DNA from: Raja brachyura
Lineage: Eukaryota
NCBI GenBank assembly: GCA_963514005.1
Contig: OY740797.1
Coordinates: forward strand, 19,840,001-19,904,000
DNA length: 64,000 nucleotides
Direction: 5' to 3'
Shown here piece by piece: positions 1-12,101 of this stretch (positions are counted from its first letter, which is position 1; every line of letters begins with the position of its first letter). The notes under the pieces are model-generated. The model ran no database searches, was not told the DNA's origin, and worked only from the letters and a program-made list of their open reading frames with translations. Made by a program: the position numbers and the translations under genes.

Positions 1-20
1 GTAATTTATAGAGGCCAATT

Positions 21-450
21 AACTTACAACCCTGCAGGTTATGGGGAGCTGGGAGGAAACGGAGCACACACGCGGCTACTGGGAGAACGTTGTAAACTCC
101 AGACAGATAACACCGTAATACCTCCGTCCCACTTAGGAAACCTGAACAGAAAACTCTGGTGACCTTGCGGCCCACCCAAGGTTTGCATGAGTCCATGCGA
201 AGGTGGGGGCCAGGGACAGCGGAGGAGCGCTGTCTGCGCGGTGAAAGGGAAGGTAAACGGCTGCCACAGAGCATGGAACATAGAAGAAGCCTTGACTACG
301 CGGAAACCACTTTCCACCATTAGGGGGAGTGACCAAAACCACCGGGAACCTCATGGAAACCTTGGGTGGGGCGCAAGGTCTCCAGAGATTTCCGTTCAGG
401 TTTCCTAAGTGGGACTCAGGGTCAAACCCGGTCTCTGGCGCAGTGAGGTA
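21..450 (-). mobile_element. tRNA-derived SINE (V-SINE/HE1-like) interrupted by a degenerate Harbinger-type MITE (~119-413)
   Basis: Reverse complement resembles the SINE at 8827-9115 (B-box-like 'ggtttgaccctga', 'ggagtttacaacgttctccc'). The internal MITE has inverted arms gtcccacttaggaaacctgaac...gttcaggtttcctaagtgggac. Confidence 0.7.
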
Positions 451-3400
451 TCTGCAACCCTACCAGATGCGCCACTTTTACTGTAGGCTGCTATTTGTAG
501 GTCGTGGAATATGAAAAATGCAGGTTCCAGTACTAATGTTGTTGCTTATCCACTTTACATTTTTTTGTCTTCATTGATTACATTGAACAATGCAAAATGT
601 CACGGAACTATTTGTTACTTGTCTCGGTGTAAACGCATTTCCAATTGTTTGATTTTATTCAAAGCAAATTCTAGCGACGAGTTAGAATTTAGAATACAGT
701 CATCATAAAGATAGTGGTGCTATCTGTAGGTCGTGGAGTAGTGGTAATTAGAGGAGACTTTATCTCCTTGTTTGCTCAACTATAAACAAATGTAGTTAAC
801 GTTTCTTGCGACAATGTTCAAGTTGTGCACGACTCTATGACCTCGAAGAAAATTGAAAGTTCTTGATTCCGTTACCACACCATACAGTATGTTATTTATT
901 TTTTTATCGTTCCCGTTTATTATACCAATGTATCGGTTCAAATAAATGCTAAAGAGTCGCACAGAAATGCTTCGGTTACGGGATTTCTGTGCTGTGTGGT
1001 AGTTTGCTCTCTGCAAGTAATTGTTAGCAAGCATTGTTACAAAGATGCAGTAATACTGAGGTGAGGCTGAAAAGGAGAAGTAGTAAAAGCACAGTGGAAA
1101 TTATCACTCGCATTTCGAACGCATCTACTGCATTGGTGTGCTGCAGTGACTTTGCTAAGCAATAATAAGACAAACAGCTATCTGTTTTTTTCATGGGTAA
1201 GCCAATCAATGATCAGGAAAGGCTGCAGGAAGGTATGTCATCTTGTCATCTCCGCCTCATTTGGTCTGTGAAAGAAATGCAATATTGCCTGTTAGTCCAT
1301 TGTACAGTGATCAAGGAAAGCAATCAATTTTTCAACACAATTGGAATGTAGCCAACAATTATAATTTCCAGATTGCAGATAACGTATAAGAGTTTATGTT
1401 CATATTATTTATCCAGTCTTCTGCGGAGCCTTTCGTGGTCCAACGCAACAAATTTGTGGTAACACAAATATCCATAAAAAATATTCCCATTTTATTCTCT
1501 CCACAGTGCCATCAACACTTTGCTCACTCCTAGATTATACCACTTGCCTAAACATGGGGCATTTTAAATCTCTAATTAGCCTACCACCCCTCACGTGATT
1601 TGGGATGTGCGAAGTATTCAGAGCACCTCGGGAAACCCGCGAGGAGGCAGCAAATAACGTTCAACCTTCACACTGACAGCACCGAAAGCCAGGATTTGTT
1701 TTACCTTGAGTATAGACAAGGAGAAGCCATAATATCTCTGACACTGTGTGATCTTCGTTAGATAATATGGAAACGCTGTCAAGAGTCAAGAGTGCTTCTC
1801 ATATGTCCCAGATAGAACTAAGAAATTCTTAGCTGCAGCAGCACAACAGAAGAAGTAAACATAGTACTCTTTAAACAATATAATAAACCTCTCCGAGGTC
1901 CAGTGCCATCCTGCCACCTGTCTCCTTTGAGGTGGGTTTTCTGAATTCAGATTTCACTCTGTTCCTCCTGTCATTGTCTGAATTTCTCATATTTCCTGGC
2001 ACTGGATATGACCGCTGGGTGGAAAAACCTGTTGCCGATTACCTTGTCTGTTTCTTAATTTTGCGTTTATATTGGACAGCATTCTACATTAAAATCCGAG
2101 AACAAAGATAAAGGTAATTTTGCAGTGGGATGGTATCGTGCAGCTGAATTTGTTGTCTGCTCTATCTGGTTTCATGCCACAATTCAAAATTCATTACCGA
2201 CTTTTCCGCAGTCGTACAAGATCAAAATTTTGTTCACGTAACTTCATAATCAACACAAATAATTTCCTTTAACCTGATGTTTACTTGGAATGCTTTTCGT
2301 GCAAGCACTTTGCCTTTACCTCGACATTAACAACGTGCTCTTCGTTGCGTCGATATTTGGGTTTTTTCCCCCTCATTCAAGTTTAATGTTGCTAGGCAGA
2401 GGCAGCTTGATTGTTGTAGGCTTGTTTGGTGTGTCATTAATGATGGCATGTGTCTTTAAATTTTAGACCACCAGTGATATTGTGGGTGGGATTTATGACG
2501 TATTTTAGGGCGTGTTTGGAGCTGGGTTTCTTACACAGAAGCATAGTTTTTAGTTTAGTTTTGGACCAGCATGGGGAAGGTTTACCCTTTGATTATGCGA
2601 AGTGTAACGGAGACAGGAAGAGTTGTCTAACCTTTAAAGCAAAATGCTGGAGTTTGATGAAGATCATAGTGTGTGAGTCGGAAGTATTTTGGATGTGCCT
2701 TATTGTTTTCTATCAACAATAAATATTCTATTGATCAAAAGACTGTGTTGTGAAGATTTATCTGTGAAGAAGCTCTGAAGGTCTCTGACGGAGAGCGCGC
2801 ATGTGTATAACCACATTCTCCTTACTTATGTAGTCCATTTAGCGGCGAGAGGGAGTAATCTCTTGAACGATATAAAAATCTGCCGCTACACCTATTAGAA
2901 AGTGATATTCAACACAGCTAGCGGAGGGTCTGACGTAGTTCTTTAAATAGTGAAACAAACATACAGACTGATTGCAAAAAAAGGGGCACGATACCATTTG
3001 AACTGCACTCAATTACATTTCTCAAAATGTCATTCCCGAGAGGACTCAAAGTGCCAGTGTTCAACTTGTTTATTAATATTGTAGCTTGCGATTCATTTGC
3101 AAAATCTCTCTTCCAAATGCGATCCATTTCTCACTTCCCGCCATCTTATTCCGTCTCCGTTATCACCGTTTCCGGCTTCCATATAGATTTCATGCAGCGA
3201 TAGCAGTGCCCGCCGTATATCCCAGGCAACCTGGCCTATGCGAGCACGTTGTAGTGGGACGAGTCTGTCGTCTGCCCTTATGCACTTACTTGTACTTTCA
3301 TTCTTTGGTCGCAATTTATAGTAGCGAAGTAACCGAGCAATCCGCATCACTTTGGGATACAAGGAGAGTAGAGCATCCGGCGGAACAGCACACAAGAATA

Positions 3401-3651
3401 AACTGCTAATCACACACAGGTACCGTTGGAGATTAGGATTGAACGCGATCAGGACGGAACTGTGAGACTGCAGGTTTACTCGCTGCGCCCCTTCCAATTT
3501 TAGAGGTGACAGGCAAAATGGTTTCCTTCTGCGCTGCAAATTGCAGCCTGCAATGTTCTAAAATTATATGGCATGAAACGGATATCTGATGACTGTATAA
3601 TTTCTGTACTTGTCCAACCCTATTGGAAACAAGAACAATAGCTTCACCTAC

Positions 3652-3695
3652 CGGTTCTACGCTATGACTTGCTTCCACGGAGTTTGCATTAACAC
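3652..3695 (-). CDS. Probable cytoplasmic exon of VJ-C1 receptor copy A (GVNANSVEASHSVEP)
   Basis: Strong acceptor (T-tract + 'cgtgtag|') in phase 1, matching the TM exon donor, and a phase-0 donor 'CCG|GTAGGT'. Conserved in copy B (29012-29055). The true terminal exon is not resolved. Confidence 0.55.
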
Positions 3696-4161
3696 CTACA
3701 CGAAAAAAAAAGAAATCTCGAATAATATTTTAATGTCAGGAAAATCTAAGTTGCGCATTAGATTATAATCACATCTACTGCCTATGGACCCTTGAAGGCA
3801 GGCAACAATCCCGTATACACATCGGAGTACCACCGCCACAATGTAATGTGTTGGACATTACCTTCATATATACCATCCGAGTTAGATCTGGACAATCGGA
3901 GGATGCGAAGGTCTAAACCAAATACCTCATGCTTCAAAATCTGACTTTAAAGCTAATCAATACGCTAAGAATACAGATGTTTGAAACACACATACTCGAT
4001 GGATGATTGAATAATTCGAAAGGGCAGGGGAAATAATTGTAGTTTAACTTACAACTAATTACTAGTATTGCTTTGGTTTCTTGTTTCAATGATTCTCAGA
4101 ATGCACCATCCGCTTTTCTATCAACGGTTGTATTAAATGAAAAGTCAATCAAGGTTCTTAC

Positions 4162-4263
4162 CTCGTTGTGCCTTTAATGCGAATCTTGTCAAAATTATAA
4201 GCAGAACTACAATTGACAGTCCGCGCACGACATAACCGAGAATTTGAGTTTTGTCCGTGGTTT
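4162..4263 (-). CDS. Stalk/transmembrane exon of VJ-C1 receptor copy A (ETTDKTQILGYVVRGLSIVVLLIILTRFALKAQR)
   Basis: Acceptor 'tttttcgccatatccag|', donor 'CGAG|GTAAG', phase 1/1, 102 bp. Hydrophobic segment contains an Arg and is followed by basic residues. Confidence 0.85.
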
Positions 4264-4640
4264 CTGGATATGGCGAAAAATGAGAACGGTGAAACATAAA
4301 TACACAGACAGGGACCGAGACAAGAAGGCAGAGCAATCGTTCAATATTTTCCGCACAAAGATTTTATGACTGCCACATGGCACGCATTGTACGGTAATGG
4401 CGAATTTATAGAACAGACATTATACGGTGGCTCTTTGCAGAGGTTTGGTTATTAAGTTAAGATGACAGTTTAATTTCATTTTACAAAACTACGCCCGGTA
4501 GTTTGACAACAGTTTAAAAAGTCAGAATGCATTCTATATTCTGGATCTTACACCCTGGACCCGCCACCGCAGGTTCCAGTAAATATGAAAAGGAACTGGA
4601 TTTTTGTGTTTGCTCAACTATTTAATTGTATTAGAAAATA

Positions 4641-4712
4641 GACACAAAAGACAGGCAACATCTCTGGAGAGAAGGAATGAGAGACGATTCGGATCGAGAC
4701 CCTTGTTCAGAT
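4641..4712 (-). mobile_element. Penelope-like element fragment with degenerate hammerhead motif (paralogue ~29992-30082)
   Basis: 'gacacaaaag...catctctggagagaaggaatg...gacgattcggatcgagacccttgttcag' matches the recurrent Penelope-type repeat in this window. Confidence 0.6.
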
Positions 4713-4760
4713 TGTATTTCTGGGCAGGCTGGAGTCTGCGTAAAATGCCTCCAGGCTTAC

Positions 4761-4814
4761 CTTGCTCAAAAATGTAGCTGAAACTGGCAGGGACTGTAAG
4801 AGATACGTGTGATA
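4761..4814 (-). pseudogene. Remnant 3' end of a copy-B-type C1 exon (SHVSLTVPASFSYIFEQ|GTAAG)
   Basis: Nearly identical to 30132-30185, including the splice donor. It lies in the intron ~55 bp downstream of copy A's own C1 donor. Confidence 0.9.
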
Positions 4815-4868
4815 TGATCGAATTTGATCTACCGCCCCAATATCATATGTAACTGGCTCCAGTCTTAC

Positions 4869-5162
4869 CTTGGCCCAGGATGTAACTGAAACTGGCCGCC
4901 ACCTTCAGGGAGATATGTGATACCAGGCAGGTGTAAATATCTTTGCCCTCGCCAGGTTGCGTTATTTCCAAAAAACTAGAAGCCACAAACAATCCTTCTC
5001 CGCTCCGTGTTTTCACAGTTTCGATTCCAGTGCGAATTACCTCGTTATTTCTTAGCCAGAATATTTCTAATTTCTCCGGATAAAAGGCGCCAGTTTTGCA
5101 CACAAGTTTCCGTGGAGAGCCAAGTCCTTCAGCAGGAACAATTTTCAAGGGAGTTGGGGGAT
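4869..5162 (-). CDS. Ig C1-set exon of VJ-C1 receptor copy A
   Basis: DPPTPLKI...LVCKTGAFYPEKLEIFWLRN...GLFVASSFLEI...YTCLVSHISL shows the C1 hallmarks (C-x4-FYP, W, YxCxVxH). Acceptor 'tttttttttgcttaag|', donor 'CAAG|GTAAG', phase 1/1, 294 bp. Confidence 0.92.
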
Positions 5163-5414
5163 CTTAAGCAAAAAAAAACCACAGAATTTAAGGAGTTCCA
5201 ACATAAACTCTGTTCAGAATGGACGTTCCCGGGTATCGCGAGAAAGTGTTTGCCAGAAGCTTGCCGTGATTATTTAAAAGTGGCCATATTCGGATCATTC
5301 ATATGTTACAAAAAAAAAGAGCCATCATAATTGAAATATAACAGATGTGTATAGTGTGGTGGCATGAAGCGGTTATACATGAAGGTTAATGATTAATCTC
5401 GTTAGCTGTTTAAG

Positions 5415-6008
5415 TCGGGTTTGAAGAAGGGTTTCGGCACGAAACGGTGCCCATTTCCTTCGCTCCATAGATGCTGCTGCATCCGCTGAGTTTCTCCGGC
5501 ATTTTGTGTACCCTCAGCTGTTTAAGTAGTATATGAACGAAATCTCCTCAACCTGGTCAAAAAGACCCACTTCAAAATGTAATCACTACTCTACTCAATC
5601 CCACCTGCGCGAGATAACCAATTATGAGGTGTTTGCGCAGTAATCAACCAGAACCAGAAGCAGATATGGGTTTGAACTGCCGATCACAACCATTTACCAG
5701 CACATGAAACAAAGGCTGGGGCATTTTTCTCGCGCATTGAATGCTAATATTCAAAAATAGTGGTATCTATTACAAGCAATCTACGAGCGCACTTATTCAA
5801 TATCAGTGTGTAGGAAAGAACTGCAGATGCTGGTTTAAACCGAACATATGCTGGAGTAACTCAGCGGGACAGGCAACATCTCTTCGGAGAAGGAATGGGT
5901 GACGTTTCGGATCGAGGTTTGAAGAAGGGTCTCGACCCCAAACGTCACTCATTCCTTCTACCCAGAGATGCTGCCTGCCCCGCTGAGTTACTCCAGCATT
6001 TTGTGTCT
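5415..6008. mobile_element. Penelope-like fragments (5415-5512 and an inverted pair at 5808-6008) in the V-C1 intron of copy A
   Basis: 'tgaagaagggtctcgacccaaacgtcactcattccttct...gctgagttactccagcattttgtgtc' and its inverted copy 'gctggagtaactcagcgggacaggc'. Confidence 0.7.
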
Positions 6009-7060
6009 CTATACAAATCAGTTTCATCACAATCGACAGCACTAGATCGGCGTTAATGATGATAGCGTGCAGAAGCCAAATGAGGGAAAAGAAGAAGCTA
6101 TGTTTCTCGCTGTGCAGATTCTACTCATTTAGGTCTGCACGTAAAGGTCTATATTTGGCATTTATTAACGCGAACTCCTTCCGTTCGAGCTGCAGTCGGT
6201 GTCTAACTGGACGGGGAGTCGATTGTTGGGTTGCTTTGTCAGTTTATTACAAGCAATCCCTTTAGAAAGTTTGACTTAATTTACTTAATCCGGATAATTT
6301 TTAACGATGAAATAAATGTTACTGTTTATTCCAAGACTTTAAGCAATTTCAGTTGAGATGTTGTTTACTTCTTTTTCCCCCCGGACGGTGCCAAATTGGT
6401 GGGATAGACTGAAGATGTGTATTACAAAATTAGTGTCAAGCGTTTTCAAAACAAAAAAAAACATTTCATTGAAGTCAGCTTGGAGTCAACATCGATGAGT
6501 ACCACATGTGGGAACACCAAGGTCCTTGGGTTGCCGCTGCACATTGGTCTTGTGAGGTTTTAAAGCTGTCGATGTAGAATTGAGGCATGGCAGACTCTAC
6601 TATCGACGTATTAAAATTGCTCCTACTCTATTTTCTTAGTGATGAGAAACCTGGACATCACACTCCAGCCATTCAAACTAACAGGAGTATTATTTCAATA
6701 TCTCATTGCAAAACCTTTCTAACCACACCTCAGAATGAATTATTTCCATCTCAGCACTTAACCGTTCTCAGCGGTAAATCCATCTGGGAGATTGGCTTAA
6801 ATTGGCTTACGCCCATTCATTGCGGCAATGAAAAGGTGTCTCGCAAAGTCTCGTTCAATGCACAGAATAACCCTCTGGAGATTATGTACATTGTGCATTG
6901 TTTCATTTCGAATTACTGGTCTCTGTAATGCATTTATTTAAAATTGTTATTACCGGGTATTTATCAGCAGGCGATTTTTCATATTATCCTCGCGACTTGG
7001 TTTTACTTTACAAATGACATGGAACTGAAAATTGCTTATTTCCCTAACACACACACTCAC

Positions 7061-7366
7061 CAAATACAGTGATCTGGCTGCCACTTCCATTCCCGATAAC
7101 CTGATGCTGGAACTTTACTTGACAGTAATACAGGCCGGAGTCAGCGACACGCACATGTTGCAGAGTAAATGTTCCGCTTCCTGAATCTATCGTAAATTGT
7201 TTTCTACTGTCCGGTTCTAGGAATGTCTTCATGCCGCCCCTCCACCAATTAACGTCAATAGTGTCTTTCGATATTGGAAATTTGCAATACAAGATAGCAG
7301 TTTCTCCGCCGCCAACGTCCAAGTTGATGGGGAATTGAGACACTCTGCTCGAAGACACTTCGGCGG
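7061..7366 (-). CDS. V-set exon with germline-joined J-like segment, VJ-C1 receptor copy A
   Basis: VSQFP...ILYCKFP...VNWWR...TFTLQHVRVADSGLYYCQVK...IGNGSGSQITVF. Acceptor 'ttttttcccgacag|', donor 'TTTG|GTGAG', phase 1/1, 306 bp. No RSS at the 3' end. Confidence 0.93.
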
Positions 7367-7560
7367 CTGTCGGGAAAAAAGCAAGAACAATGGAAACAGT
7401 TGTACACACTGGACAGAGAAAACAAGAACCAACTGTCGAAAAGCACGAAACAACTATAAACCCACGAGGGCGTAACAGATGAACATAATAGCTCGAAACC
7501 AGGTCCGATTTTTCGAAAAATCACACTTAAACCAGAAATGGCACACATATTTAACTATAC

Positions 7561-7615
7561 CCTGTCTAAGTATAACCAGAAGAGCCATGGACCAAACTGT
7601 AACTTTCGCCGACAT
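7561..7615 (-). CDS. Leader (signal peptide) exon, copy A (MSAKVTVWSMALLVILRQ)
   Basis: ATG at 7615-7613, hydrophobic core, phase-1 donor 'CAGG|GTATAG'. Same 55-bp length as, and homologous to, the copy B leader. Confidence 0.8.
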
Positions 7616-8826
7616 ATTACAAGAATAAATTGCCAACTTGCTGTTAGAGTTGTTTACTCAAAACTCGCTCTGCGGAAAAGGAATTCATGAGTAAATATAT
7701 GAAACGTGTGACCGTGACGTAATATATCCCACGACTGCGGCAGAGTAATGGGTCCTAAGTTTTGTTTGGCTCGTGCGGCGGGAGAGGTCATAGCTCCCAT
7801 TATAACAAAGCCTTGCAATACTTCCTGAATCATGTTCACAATCCTCTCCCCGTGTTGACTCCCGTAGCATCCAGATTTCTACTCGGAACTAAATATGCAT
7901 CAGCTGCCTACTCAGTTAATCGCCACAAATCGTTTCCGCGTAGAAGGTAAGAAGTGCTTGTTAATATTTAGATGCACAAACGTAGACACACACCTTCCCT
8001 TGAATCTCCCCTCATTCCCAATTTGCGTTGTTCTCTTTCGCTCTTTCGATTATATACATTCAATCGACAATCACCCCTTTCGTTTCTTCCTGTTCAGCCC
8101 TCACCCATCGCCATCCGCAGCTTTCAATTGATTATGTTTCCATCTGACGCTTTATCTCTAACTCCGGTTGATATTCCTACAACACTAAATCTCCATGGTG
8201 GCTTTTGGTAACTAATATTTCTACTATTCTCATAAACACAATTGCAGCAATGTACTATGAGGAGTCCAGCAGCGTCCATACAGCTAGAAAATTGGCGCCA
8301 AGTCGAGACAGCTAACGTATGAATGAAATCTTTTTTTTCTTCCGATAAGGACCAGCAGAGCAATCCACTTATGCTGTTGACATCCACACAACACGGGAGA
8401 ATAGGGGCTGTAAATTAATCGAATGGGCCAATATAAATTAGGGAGATTTAAACCAAACTGTCAATCTTATAATTTCCTCCAAAGTATTGTTTAAAAAATC
8501 CTAGTAATGAAGGATTACTTCAAGTTTGGACTACAGGCAAGAAGCCAACGTGATTTGCGAGGCTGGTTTGAACTATTAATGTATTCCCCGTATCGTGGTT
8601 ATACTCACATCCCTCTGCACAAATCAATGAATTTGGGTTCAGAACATACATTACACGAGCAGAAACCCGTTGTAGATCAATTGGTTAAGTATTTTTCGTG
8701 CAAGTTAAATTTTTGATGCGCCTCAGTTAGAAGCCGTGTGCCCTTCAATGAAAGGACATAATATTCCAAATATATACAGTAATTTTTTGAATATTTTTAA
8801 ATGACTAAAATCGGGCAGGACCGTAT

Positions 8827-9115
8827 CGCAGCAGTAGAGTTGCTGCGCTTACAACGCCAGAGACCTGGGTTCGATCCTGACTACGGGTGCTGTATGCGTG
8901 GAGTTTGTATGTTCGCCACGTGACTGGCGTGGGTTTTCTCTGGGCGCTCCGGTTTCCGCCCACACTCCAAAGACGTACATGTTCGTAGGTTGATTGGCTT
9001 CAGTAAAGGTTGTAAATTTTCCCTGGCGTGGAGGATAATGCTAATGTACGGGGTGATCGCTGGTCGGCGCGGACTCTGTGGGTCGAAGGGCCCGTTTCCG
9101 CGCTGTATCTCTAAA
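8827..9115 (+). mobile_element. tRNA-derived SINE (V-SINE/HE1-like)
   Basis: A-box-like 'cgcagcagtagag', B-box 'ggttcgatcc', conserved 'ggagtttgtatgttc...gcgtgggtttt...ccggtttcc', tail 'ctgtatctctaaacta'. Confidence 0.8.
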
Positions 9116-10007
9116 CTATTACTAAATAAACTGCTTCTGCAAATGGTTTCTATTTGAACTTTCATGTAAAGATTGCGTAATGTTCGGGTTTTAAGTCTGT
9201 CGACACAAACCGTTCAAACGAAGAGCTGCAACAAGAACATTCCGGTTTCGGATGCTGGTCATGAAGATAATGAAGACTGGACTCAGATTTAAAGCTGCAA
9301 GTTGTTTCTATTTTAGTGATGACAGCAGTGTAAAGAAACCAGCGGCAGTTGGAGAAAACCTCAGAATAGAGTACACGGCAAATCTGACAAATTAAAGATT
9401 TCTGTGCATGTTTACAAGCTACTGTCGGCGATTCGCCATGGGCTGTTCTGCAATAATGGACCAATAATAATCTTACAAAAATGGATTTGAAGGCATTTTA
9501 TGTGCCACATTTTGAGGAAATGCATCGGTATATTCCCGTTGTTTAATAGATAACAAATTGCGCTACCGCAAGCGACTACTGAAATAGATTGTTTGCATTA
9601 TTAATTAAAGTCAATTAAATGTTTCCTAGATGTCTCCTAGATTTTTGAAGTTTCATTAAAGTAGATTCATTTAGTAAACAGCAGGCGCGGAAAGCTTTGG
9701 GTAACATAAAAAAAATGCGTGTTCTGCTTTGTGTCAAGTGTTTGAATACTTTTGATAGTCTCGACAAATACGATTATTCTTTAAATGAACTGGGAGACTA
9801 TGGACCGACTGTGAGGCTATTTTTACATTTTGAGGCAGATAAATTTTAACCAACGCACGAGATAATTTACTGTTTCTCTTTCTCCACAGATTGTCCTCGA
9901 CGACCTAGAATTCACAATAGATTTCGTGAAAATTTTCAGGTTTCAAAGTATCTACAGTTTTGCAATTTCTAGTAATTATCATGCCACAACTTTTTTTCCA
10001 AGTGTTC

Positions 10008-10370
10008 GCAGCGCCGGAGACCCGGGTTCGATCTAGACTACGGGCACTGTCTGTACGGAGTTTGTATGTTCTCCCCGTGACCGCGTGGGGTTTCTATCTC
10101 CGCGAAATTCGGTTTCTTCCCGCACTCCAATGACTTTGAAACATAGAAAATAGGTGCAGGAGTAGGCCATTCGAGCCTGCACCGCCATTCAATATGATCA
10201 TGTCTGATCATCCCACTCAGGTATGTAGGTATGCATGTATGTAGGTAAATTGACTTGGTAAATGTAAAAAATGTCTCTAGTGTGGGTAGGATAGTGTTAA
10301 TATGCGGGGATCGCTTATAGGCGCGGACCCGATGGGCCGAAGGGCCAGTTTTCGCGCTGCGTCTCAAGTA
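10008..10370 (+). mobile_element. SINE of the same family, interrupted by an inverted CR1 3' tail (~10138-10220)
   Basis: 'gacccgggttcgatc...ggagtttgtatgttctccccgtgacc'; insert 'gaaacatagaaaataggtgcaggagtaggccattc'. Confidence 0.75.
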
Positions 10371-10428
10371 AATTAAACAAAACTGGAATTTAGATGTACT
10401 GAAAATGCAAATGCACCAAACGAGCTCC

Positions 10429-10570
10429 AGGGGCTAGTGGAGTGAAGGGATATGGGGAGAAGGCAGGCACGAATTATTGATAGGGGACGATCAGCCATGA
10501 TCACAATGAATGGCGGTGCTGGCTTTAAGGGCCGAATGGCCTCCTCCTGCACCTATTTTCTATGTTTCTG
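10429..10570 (+). mobile_element. CR1-type LINE 3' UTR fragment
   Basis: 'ggatatggggagaaggcagg...gatcagccatgatc...gggccgaatggcctcctcctgcacctattttctatgtttc' matches the tail of the CR1 copies at 59640-59830. Confidence 0.8.
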
Positions 10571-12101
10571 TGTAAACGCATACCCCAGATGACCATCAAT
10601 TGCGACGTTATGCCAGTCCGTCTGCATTCTCCTTATCTCCTTATCTATTCGAGCGGCTCCTAAAGTCTATGAACTTCATACTTAATGCCAGCAAGTCATC
10701 TCTAATTACAGGCGATATCTTCTTTTTGTCAATAGAATCATCGCAACTTGTCAAATGTTGAATGGAGTACGTACTAAGCGCATCCACTTAGGTCAAATGC
10801 ACAGGGGTAGTCTTTCCAATTACCCTCACGGATATATTTCAGATCGTCTTTGCCAGAGAGGCACCACACGTCTCTGCTCTTCTGAGCAAGAGTGACAACG
10901 CGTCAACCATATGAAATACCCAAGAGGCCCAAGCAGGCAAGAAATGATGAAAAGATAATATTTTGAATCATTTCATCTTGACTTATAATGCGTCAGGTAA
11001 TGGCACATAGTTCCATGCTCTGAGAAAGAATAACACTTAAAAATGAGCCATTTAATTGTCATGAAGATGTTTGCCTCGTATTTATTTTCTCCCCAGAACG
11101 AACACGAAATAATGAAGGAAAAAACAATAAAGGTGAGAAGGAAAGACGGGCCTCGACCCGAAACGTCACCCATTCCTTCTCTCCAGAGATGCTGCCTGTC
11201 CCGCTGTGTTAATCCTACATTTTATGTCTACCAACGAAATAATGAAGACTTCACTACAACCTTAGAAATGCTTCATTGACGGAGGCAGACTTTTAATAAA
11301 TGATCTTAAAATAAACTTATTGTTCTACACTTAAGTATCTAAAGTGATAACACGACCCGTCCGGGACTTGTTTGTTTCAAATAGGCACAGCATTCGACCG
11401 CAAGCCTTTCCATGACGTCGCCAGCAGACTCGCGAGAGCAGTTCTATTCTCATGCTGTGTGTTATTTATATTTTGACAAGCTAGAAATGCAGTGGTCAAT
11501 TAGTTAGTCAGTGGATGATTAGTTAGTCAGTAGACGATCGAACAAAAACTTCTTTTCGATCAATCTTTTTTATAGAAACGTGGCAGAAGCTCGCATGGAC
11601 ACATTCGTGTTTGCGACACGAGCTTTTTGTGTCTATCTTCTGTTTAACCCAGCATCTGCAGTTCCTTTGTACATATTTATATGCCTATCTAAAGGACTCT
11701 TCAAAAACTACTGTCGTATTTTCTTCCACCACCCCTGGTAACGCGTTCCAGGCACTTCCTGCGTCAAAAACGGAACCAGCTTAACTCTAAACCTCTGACG
11801 TTAAAACAATACCTTCCTATCTTTCATGGGTTCTGACGAACAACACCATCTGTGCCTTTCCTTATTTTCTATTATTCAGCCATGTGGCCAGTCTCAGAAG
11901 AAAGCAAGTCAAGAGCGTTTTATTGTCATATGTCCCAGATAGAACAACGACATTCTTATTTGCAGCAGCGTAACAGAATATGTAAACATAGTACACTAAG
12001 CTTTACAATATACGAGAAAAAAGTCCAGTGTGTGTATATATAACATACATTTACCCACTCCGCCCCCCACACCCACACACACATATATATATATATATAT
12101 A

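Larger units (their letters stand above)
1..4814. repeat. Segmental duplication, copy A (paralogous to 20976-20995 + 25889-30185)
   Basis: Long colinear near-identity, e.g. 511 'atgaaaaatgcaggttccagta' vs 26496, and the TM exon 4162-4263 vs 29522-29623. A carries ~630 bp (~1940-2575) absent from B. Homology stops abruptly at 'agatacgtgtgata' (4814 / 30185). Confidence 0.95.

Noticed and set aside
7040-7130. Rearranging Ig/TCR V segment with RSS
   Set aside because: There is no heptamer/nonamer after YYC. The J-like strand is contiguous and followed by a splice donor in both copies.
8150-8320. Plus-strand peptide SPWWLLVTNISTILINTIAAMYY as a TM exon of an opposite-strand partner gene
   Set aside because: Preceded by an in-frame stop, weakly hydrophobic, with no convincing splice sites or upstream Ig exons.
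8827-8885. tRNA gene
   Set aside because: It is the tRNA-derived head of a SINE, with no complete cloverleaf.
9317-9395. Plus-strand terminal-exon-like peptide ending IEYTANLTN (ITIM-like?)
   Set aside because: It does not fit (I/V/L/S)xYxx(L/V) and has no linked exons.
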